Of a DNA stretch of 64,000 nucleotides, positions 1 to 6,084 are shown in pieces. The translations under genes were made by a program, and so were the position numbers. Below the pieces are notes generated by a model, which was not told the DNA's origin, searched no databases, and saw nothing but the letters and a program-made list of their open reading frames with translations. The stretch is from an uncultured Acidobacteriaceae bacterium (GTDB lineage: Bacteria; Acidobacteriota; Terriglobia; Terriglobales; Acidobacteriaceae), in assembly GCA_963834805.1 (NCBI GenBank), contig CAWIDB010000007.1, forward strand, positions 89,536-153,535, written 5' to 3'. The first letter of the stretch is position 1; the number at the start of each line of letters is the position of its first letter.

Positions 1-441
1 ACCTACTACTTCAACCAGAAGCTGGGCCTCACCGGCGAGGTGCGCGGCGCCTACGGCAACGCCAAGGCGCTGCAAGGCCAGAATAACTATCTCAACCTCG
101 TAAAAAATCCGCAGATCTCCCAGTATCCCTTCCTAGTCGGCCCCACCTATCGATTCCGCCTGCGCCAGAAGACAGCCCTCAGCGCCTTTGTCCTCGGCGG
201 CAGCGCCCTCGGCAAGTTCGACGGTGACACCAAGGGAATCGATCCGAAGCTACTGGGCTTCTGGTCCGCCTTCAGCGCACGCCCAGCCCTCTCCGTCGGC
301 GGCAGCCTCGACTTGAATATGTACCCCAACCTCGCCTTCCGCATCACGCCCAGCTACACCGCCACCACCTTCGGCGGAAAGGTGCAGAACAACGCCGGCT
401 TCGAGATGGGCTTGGTCTACCGCATCGGCCGCCAGAAGTAG
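1..441 (+). CDS. outer-membrane beta-barrel-like protein, C-terminal fragment (gene starts upstream of the window)
   Basis: Frame 1 is open from base 1 (TYYFNQKLGLTGEVRGAYG...). Alternating hydrophobic/aromatic beta-strand pattern, Gly/Ser/Thr/Tyr-rich, ends ...GFEMGLVYRIGRQK. Confidence 0.5.
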   Translation, partial: TYYFNQKLGLTGEVRGAYGNAKALQGQNNYLNLVKNPQISQYPFLVGPTYRFRLRQKTALSAFVLGGSALGKFDGDTKGIDPKLLGFWSAFSARPALSVGGSLDLNMYPNLAFRITPSYTATTFGGKVQNNAGFEMGLVYRIGRQK

Positions 442-454
442 CCAGCTGATAATT

Positions 455-503
455 GGGTGCCCCATTCATGCGCAAGCATTAGCACGTGTGTGGGTTGGGT
501 AAT
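455..503. repeat. Rep-A palindromic element copy (gggtgccccattcat...gggttggg)
   Basis: Same GGGTGCCCCAT(T/C)CAT core as the copies at 7322, 10494, 36752(rc), 45580(rc) and 49447(rc). Intergenic. Confidence 0.6.
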
Positions 504-541
504 CGCGCCCCGTCATCCCCCCGCGTGGTCCAGAATTCCAT

Positions 542-2326
542 TTATTCTGTGTCATTGACCGTGATCGTCAGCGTGTTTGATGTCCCCAGTACCTTGCCTG
601 GTCGCGCAGGATCGGGACGCGTCATCTTCACTGTGTATTCTCCCGGCTTCCTCGTGTCGAATGCGCACATCAAGCATGGGATGTTGACTTGTGTGCTCTC
701 TCCCGGGCGTAGTTCGCACTTTGTTGAAAAAAGGCGATAGTTCCCTGGATGTAGCCGAGGAACCGGCTTCCCATCGCTCGTCTGAACGTCATAGGTGTAG
801 TTGTCATCGACCCCATCGGTGGAGATATGCGTATCGCAGTTCACCACTGTGCCGGCAGATTGATTGAACAGCGTAACCGCCACGCCGAAGCCGAGCTCCT
901 GACGGACAGACACTGTAACGTGATCCGGTGAAAAGGCGAGCGCAAGTGGCGGCGCGTCCTCATCCACGGTCACTGTCACGGTGTTCGACACTACAGTGAT
1001 AGTGTCCGGCCCGATAGAGCCACTCCCCATGAAATTCGCCTGCCGCCATACCCTCACCGTATAAACTCCCGGCTTCTTCATCTCGAAGGCGCGCATCAGG
1101 TCACCCAGCGAGGATTCAAACGGAGTCCTGCCCGGCCCGACTGTGCAGTAATCTTCGCCGTGCGAGGGCAAATATCCAACCGGCCCATCCACCGGAATGC
1201 GCGGCACCGGCCTTCCATCGCCGTCCCGGACGTCATAGGTAAACGCCTCGTCGACAGGGCTGTTCATGGAACTTCTAAAACAACCCACAGCCACGCCCGA
1301 GCGGTTGATCCATTTGACTGATAGATGGAACTTACCGTCAGGCGCAACCGTAACCTTATCCGGCGACAGAATCAGTTCCAGCGGCAGTCCCGGCGGTCCC
1401 GGCGGCGGGTCCTTCACCGTCACCTCAAGTACATTCGACACCGCCAGCATCTTCCCAGGGTGCTCCGGATCGGGCAGTGAGACCTGCACCGTATATTCCC
1501 CCGGATGCCGCATGTCGAACGCTTTCATCAATGGACCGAGGCTTCCGTAAGACAAGAACGTGCGCGGACCCAGTTCGCACGGCTTATTCTGTTCCGCGCT
1601 CGAAGAGGGCTCCTGGCTGTGCACCGGCAGACGCGGCACCGGTTTGCCGTCGCTCGTCTCCACGTCATACACAAATGCCTCATTGATGTGGCTGACTCCC
1701 CACTTCGGCGTGCAGTCGATAATCTGGTGCTCCACGTTGTCCCAAGTTATGGGTACATCAAGATCGTCATCGGACAACACATCCATTTTGTCCGGAAGCT
1801 GTAAGTACAGCCCCGGTTTCGGCGCTTCCGGTGGCAGATCCAGCCGCGCGTTCGGATCCACTGTCACCGTAAGCTGATTCGAAAGCACCGTCTCCTTCGT
1901 CTCGGGATCGTACTGCGCAACCTGGATCAGATACTGCCCGGGCGATCCGATATCGAAGTCCTGCGCGCGAATGGTCGCGCCGCTTTCGGCATATCCCTGC
2001 GGCTGCGGGTCGAGTAGGCAGGGCCATACGCTGAACTGCTCGCCGGTCGCCGACACGGTCTTGGCAATCCGCTGCACCGGTCGCCCATCGCTGGTTCGCA
2101 CATCGTACTGGAAGGCCAAGTCTAGCGAACCGCTCACCGGCGCCATCGAACAGGTGACGGGCTGGTCCGACAGGTTCCTGATTGCGATGGTGAAGAAGAT
2201 GTCCTGCCCCGGCCTTACATGCCGAGACTCCGCGGCGATCGTCAGCGAAAAAGTAGGGCCGCCGCTTTGCTGCGCAAAAGCCACCGCTGCTAACAGAAGG
2301 AACGAAGAAACGATCAATTTCTTCAT
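542..2326 (-). CDS. secreted protein made of four tandem ~140-aa domains (function unknown)
   Basis: N-terminal signal peptide MKKLIVSSFLLLAAVAFAQQ. Four internal repeats each carry an (F/Y)xYDVxxxDG(K/R)PV(P/Q)R core (FQYDVRTSDGRPVQRI, FVYDVETSDGKPVPRL, FTYDVRDGDGRPVPRI, YTYDVQTSDGKPVPRL) and end ...N(T/V)L(E/T)(V/I)TV. Confidence 0.8.
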   Translation of the reverse strand: MKKLIVSSFLLLAAVAFAQQSGGPTFSLTIAAESRHVRPGQDIFFTIAIRNLSDQPVTCSMAPVSGSLDLAFQYDVRTSDGRPVQRIAKTVSATGEQFSVWPCLLDPQPQGYAESGATIRAQDFDIGSPGQYLIQVAQYDPETKETVLSNQLTVTVDPNARLDLPPEAPKPGLYLQLPDKMDVLSDDDLDVPITWDNVEHQIIDCTPKWGVSHINEAFVYDVETSDGKPVPRLPVHSQEPSSSAEQNKPCELGPRTFLSYGSLGPLMKAFDMRHPGEYTVQVSLPDPEHPGKMLAVSNVLEVTVKDPPPGPPGLPLELILSPDKVTVAPDGKFHLSVKWINRSGVAVGCFRSSMNSPVDEAFTYDVRDGDGRPVPRIPVDGPVGYLPSHGEDYCTVGPGRTPFESSLGDLMRAFEMKKPGVYTVRVWRQANFMGSGSIGPDTITVVSNTVTVTVDEDAPPLALAFSPDHVTVSVRQELGFGVAVTLFNQSAGTVVNCDTHISTDGVDDNYTYDVQTSDGKPVPRLHPGNYRLFSTKCELRPGESTQVNIPCLMCAFDTRKPGEYTVKMTRPDPARPGKVLGTSNTLTITVNDTE

Positions 2327-2502
2327 GACATCTCCGCCACTACACTCCTCACAGACGATGATCGATGCAGCCGGGTTTCAGCGCGCGATCATAGGGCGCA
2401 CCTTTTACTCCCTGTCCTCTTCCCGCAAACTCATTTCTTTGATTTATCCCGTGGGATATACCATCTCAGTCCTCACGCTCTAGAATAATCCGGGGGCCCC
2501 TT

Positions 2503-4053
2503 ATGACCATCATCCGCCAGGACGACGTAATCCGCAGCGTAGCCGACGCGCTGCAGTACATCAGCTTCTATCACCCGGTCGATTACATCGCCAACCTCGC
2601 CCGCGCCTACGAGATCGAGCAGTCGCATGCCGCCAAGGACGCCATCGCGCAGATCCTCATCAACTCCCGCATGTGCGCCGAGGGCCATCGCCCCATCTGC
2701 CAGGACACCGGCATCGTCACTGCATTCGTCAAGGTCGGCATGGAAGTCCAATGGAAGCCATCGGCGAAGCACGGCATGATGTCCATGCAGCAGATGATCG
2801 ACCAGGGCACCCGCGAGGCGTGGCTCAACCCCGACAACCTCCTCCGCCCCAGCATACTCGCCGACCCGGCATTCACCCGCAAGAACACCGGCGACAACAC
2901 GCCCGCCATGGTCGTCGTCGAGCTGGTCCCCGGCTCTGCAGTGGACATCACCGTCGCCAGCAAGGGCGGCGGCTCCGAGGCCAAGGCCCGCTTCGCCATG
3001 CTCAACCCCACCGACTCCGTCGCCGACTGGGTCGTCCGCACCGTGCCCACCCTGGGCGCCGGCTGGTGCCCGCCGGGAATGCTCGGCATCGGCATCGGAG
3101 GCACCGCCGAGAAATCCATGGTCCTCGCCAAGGAGTCGCTCATGGAGCCCATCAACATGCACGAACTCCTCCAGCGCGCGGCCAGCGGCGCGAAGCTCAG
3201 CAACATCGAAACCCTCCGCATCGAGCTATACAACCGCATCAACCAGCTCGGCATCGGCGCGCAGGGCCTCGGCGGCCTCACCACCGTCCTCGACGTCAAG
3301 GTCCTCGACTGCCCCACCCACGCCGCCAATCTCCCCGTCGCCATCATCCCCAACTGCGCCGCCACGCGCCACCTGCACATCCGGCTGGACGGCAGCGGTC
3401 CCGTCGCCGTCGCCCCGCCCTCGCTCGACGCATGGCCCAAGCTCACCTACGCCCCGCAGAACGCCCGCCGCGTCAATCTCGCGGCTGTTACGCGAGAAGA
3501 CATCCAGACGTGGAAGCCCGGCGAAGTCATCCTGCTCACCGGCTCGCTCCTCACCGGCCGCGACGCCGCGCACAAGCGCCTCACCGACATGCTCAACCGC
3601 GGCGAAACCCTCCCCGTCGACCTGCGCGGCCGCTTCCTCTACTACGTTGGCCCGGTCCAGGCGGTGCGCGACGAGGCAGTCGGCCCCGCCGGCCCCACCA
3701 CCGCCACGCGCATGGACAAGTTCACCCGCCAGGTGCTCGCCTCTACCGGACTGCTCGGCACCATCGGCAAGGCCGAGCGCGGGCCGGAAGCCATCGCCGC
3801 CATCCGCGAGTTCCACTCCGTCTATCTCATCGCCGTCGGCGGCGCGGCCTACCTCATCTCCAAGGCCATCCACTCCGCCCGCGTCCTCGCCTTCGCCGAC
3901 CTCGGCATGGAGGCCATCTACGAGTTCGATGTCGTCGACATGCCCGTCACCGTCGCCGTCGACTCGCTCGGCTCCAGCGTCCACCAAACCGGCCCCGCCG
4001 AGTGGCAAGCCCGCATCGCCCAGCACCTTCCCGGCACCGCCATCCTACAATGA
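2503..4053 (+). CDS. fumA: fumarate hydratase, class I (Fe-S type hydro-lyase, fused alpha/beta)
   Basis: 516 aa. N-terminal Fe-S hydro-lyase motif ...ICQDTGIVTAFVKVG... and the C-terminal beta-type domain (LLTGSLLTGRDAAHKRL...). Overall similarity recognised to class I fumarase / tartrate dehydratase. Confidence 0.85.
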   Translation: MTIIRQDDVIRSVADALQYISFYHPVDYIANLARAYEIEQSHAAKDAIAQILINSRMCAEGHRPICQDTGIVTAFVKVGMEVQWKPSAKHGMMSMQQMIDQGTREAWLNPDNLLRPSILADPAFTRKNTGDNTPAMVVVELVPGSAVDITVASKGGGSEAKARFAMLNPTDSVADWVVRTVPTLGAGWCPPGMLGIGIGGTAEKSMVLAKESLMEPINMHELLQRAASGAKLSNIETLRIELYNRINQLGIGAQGLGGLTTVLDVKVLDCPTHAANLPVAIIPNCAATRHLHIRLDGSGPVAVAPPSLDAWPKLTYAPQNARRVNLAAVTREDIQTWKPGEVILLTGSLLTGRDAAHKRLTDMLNRGETLPVDLRGRFLYYVGPVQAVRDEAVGPAGPTTATRMDKFTRQVLASTGLLGTIGKAERGPEAIAAIREFHSVYLIAVGGAAYLISKAIHSARVLAFADLGMEAIYEFDVVDMPVTVAVDSLGSSVHQTGPAEWQARIAQHLPGTAILQ

Positions 4054-4059
4054 ATGGCA

Positions 4060-5043
4060 CTATTTCTTTATCGAAAGTTTTAGCCGACTCGCAATCTCCG
4101 GCAAGATATTTGGGTTGTAAAAAAACTGCTTACTGCTATTTGGATTGCTCGGATCCAAGTATTCTAAGATCGCAAAGCGAGGATCAGTCCTAAGTGCCTT
4201 TGTAACCCGATTGAACGGGCCATTTTGAAGAAAACCGTCGTATTTCTCCCTGAGTTTCTCGCACAATTGCTTATGGGTTAGCCGATAAATATCCCTTCGC
4301 TGCTCCCGAGACAACCTCACTTCGGTGGCCGATGGATTGTTTGTGACTAACACTGCTGCATCGGGTCCAGCATTAGAAGCCGTCTTCATAAACGAGACCT
4401 TCACTCTAAGATTGACGTCAAAATTCTCGTCAATTTTCTCCGACTCAAAGAGCTTTCTCAAATACTCGTCGAGCCGCTCCTGCGGCGATCCTTGTAGAGA
4501 AACATCGATTTCACTGAACTGTGGAAACCCGAGCGGCAATAGATATAGGGGCCGATCTTGCCAAGTCATACCAAACCAGCGGTTGGCTAGCTCTAGGAAA
4601 TTCTTCACGCATGCCGCACATAGTTCATATATGTGCTGTCCAAGGTTGGAGCGGGGATTCACCAAGTGAATCGCATTATCGCGAACCTGGACCAAACCAT
4701 CGAGGTTCTTCTCAACGGCTAAAGGAACGTTTTTCGACGAAGCATTTAGTGCCGTGATCGCCCGCATTAACTCAATTGTGATCGGGGGACCCGACCTGCT
4801 CGTTTTGAACCCTGATCCGGCCTTCGACAAAGGCACATACAAAAGCTCTAATTTCTCCCCGTTGTCGGCGAGAAGCTTTGCTTTGATAAGTAACTCCCAC
4901 GCATTCACCGCAAGGATGCAAAACGTCTCATCGCGATAAGCGAAGGTAGGCCTGTTGTAGACCTCAATCGCGCAGAGCATTATGTCCGATGATTTCAGAA
5001 GTAGCTCACGGCTCGGCTGAATGCACATAACTCTGAGAACCAC
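4060..5043 (-). CDS. hypothetical protein with HEPN-like Rx4H motif (possibly DUF3644-type)
   Basis: 327-aa ORF in a visibly AT-richer islet. N-terminal helices AIEVYNRPTFAYRDETF / AWELLIKAKLL, followed by VRDNAIH (R121-x4-H126, nt 4666-4683). Confidence 0.7.
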   Translation of the reverse strand: MVLRVMCIQPSRELLLKSSDIMLCAIEVYNRPTFAYRDETFCILAVNAWELLIKAKLLADNGEKLELLYVPLSKAGSGFKTSRSGPPITIELMRAITALNASSKNVPLAVEKNLDGLVQVRDNAIHLVNPRSNLGQHIYELCAACVKNFLELANRWFGMTWQDRPLYLLPLGFPQFSEIDVSLQGSPQERLDEYLRKLFESEKIDENFDVNLRVKVSFMKTASNAGPDAAVLVTNNPSATEVRLSREQRRDIYRLTHKQLCEKLREKYDGFLQNGPFNRVTKALRTDPRFAILEYLDPSNPNSSKQFFYNPNILPEIASRLKLSIKK

Positions 5044-5081
5044 CTAGTAATACTTAGATCAAGATGATTTGAAATCGCCGT

Positions 5082-5672
5082 TCAGAATCGTGACGATTTC
5101 AATGTCCAATTGCGCGGCATGTCAATCTTGTATCTATTCTGATAGTCAAAAAAAACAAACCCTGCGATTTCTTGCAATCTACGATCTAGGAATTTCGTCA
5201 ATTCTGGACTTATATCGTCACTGTTTGTATTAGATGCCAGTTTATCCAAGCTTGTATTGTAGTCACTGAGCTTGATTTTATAGTCGAATCTCGCGTCGAC
5301 TGTCTGGCCGGGAGGAATTGTCAGAGAGCCATCCCAGGTTGCATCGTCTACTTTGAGGAGAGAACCGTCATCAGAGCTCTTAAAGAACAAAGTCCCGTCA
5401 GGAGGTTCTGGAAGCGTGTAATTGACTTTTGTGTGGTTGGTAAGAGGATATCGAACGTGAAATGTTATTATCTCGCCCGTCTCCATCGACAACACGGGTT
5501 GTCCCGCGGTAATCACAGAAGTAGTCCAAGACCGTGGCCGTTGCGTTAACCAGTAGACACTAGCTGAAAATAAAATCAAACCAGCAGCAAGGCCGGCACC
5601 AAAACCGACAGTTCGCAAGACGGTTCGCTTCCAACCAACAGATTGCATAGTCAGTGACTCCGATGCCGCCAC
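5082..5672 (-). CDS. single-pass membrane protein (unknown function), upstream partner of the HEPN-like gene
   Basis: 196-aa ORF, same strand, 38 nt upstream of 4060..5043, with the same AT-rich composition. One N-terminal TM helix (VGFGAGLAAGLILFSASVYWL) and then a ~150-aa soluble domain. The start may be M9 (5648). Confidence 0.6.
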   Translation of the reverse strand: MAASESLTMQSVGWKRTVLRTVGFGAGLAAGLILFSASVYWLTQRPRSWTTSVITAGQPVLSMETGEIITFHVRYPLTNHTKVNYTLPEPPDGTLFFKSSDDGSLLKVDDATWDGSLTIPPGQTVDARFDYKIKLSDYNTSLDKLASNTNSDDISPELTKFLDRRLQEIAGFVFFDYQNRYKIDMPRNWTLKSSRF

Positions 5673-5715
5673 TTTATCATGACAAGTGGCCTAAACACAT
5701 ATCATTTTGGATGCC

Positions 5716-5745
5716 GGGTGCCCCGACTCTCGATTCTGAGATGGG
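5716..5745. repeat. Rep-F hairpin element (gggtgcccc..ctcgattctgagatggg)
   Basis: Shares the ctcgatt(c/t)tgaga core with the copies at 13111-13143 and 35724-35767 (rc). Confidence 0.6.
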
Positions 5746-5766
5746 AGCATCGCGCGAAGGCGCGAA

Positions 5767-5852
5767 CCGGGGTCCCCGGCGAGCGATCTTGGCTCGCTGG
5801 GGTGGGCGACCGGGGTCCTCGGCGAGCGGACTTGGCTCACTGCGGTGGGCGA
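5767..5852. repeat. two tandem 43-nt units (Rep-D: ggggtcc(c/t)cggcgagcg...gctc(g/a)ctg(g/c)ggtgggcga)
   Basis: Units at 5767-5809 and 5810-5852 align with few mismatches. Each is an imperfect hairpin. A reverse-complement relative lies at 35656-35692. Confidence 0.7.
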
Positions 5853-5937
5853 CCGCTCCCGTTCCTCCACTCTTCGCGCCGCTCTACGCTGCCCCAACCA
5901 CCATCACTCGCCACGCTGGCAAGCCCGTCCCGCTTAA

Positions 5938-5983
5938 GGGCACGGCTTCAGCCGTGCCGTAAACAGCCGCGTCCGAAGGACGT
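5938..5983. repeat. REP-like GC hairpins (gggcacggcttcagccgtgccg; cgtccgaaggacg)
   Basis: Short perfect GC stems with GAAG/TTCA-type loops, the same architecture as the hairpins flanking the RAYT-like gene at 62457-63099. Confidence 0.55.
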
Positions 5984-6084
5984 TACCGCTCTGCCGAAGG
6001 CCAGAGTGGAGCGCATCGCGCGCAACGACTGATCTGCCTTTCTCCACCATCCCCGCGCATCGCAACTGGTATCCTCAACCTGCA

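Noticed and set aside
2673-4193. 506-aa plus-strand ORF overlapping the fumarate hydratase gene in another frame.
   Set aside because: The product is extremely Arg/Pro/His-rich and low-complexity (RRGPSPHLPGHRHRH...). This is typical of an off-frame reading of GC-rich coding DNA. The fumA frame has clear family motifs.
5654-6032. Small ORFs 5654..5962, 5679..6032 and 5691..5897 in the polA upstream spacer. Similar cases are 35290..35484, 35351..35791, 45489..45776 and 51013..51393.
   Set aside because: They are translations of the palindromic repeat arrays or antisense to pdaD. The amino-acid sequences recur wherever the repeats recur, and they have no RBS or start-codon context.
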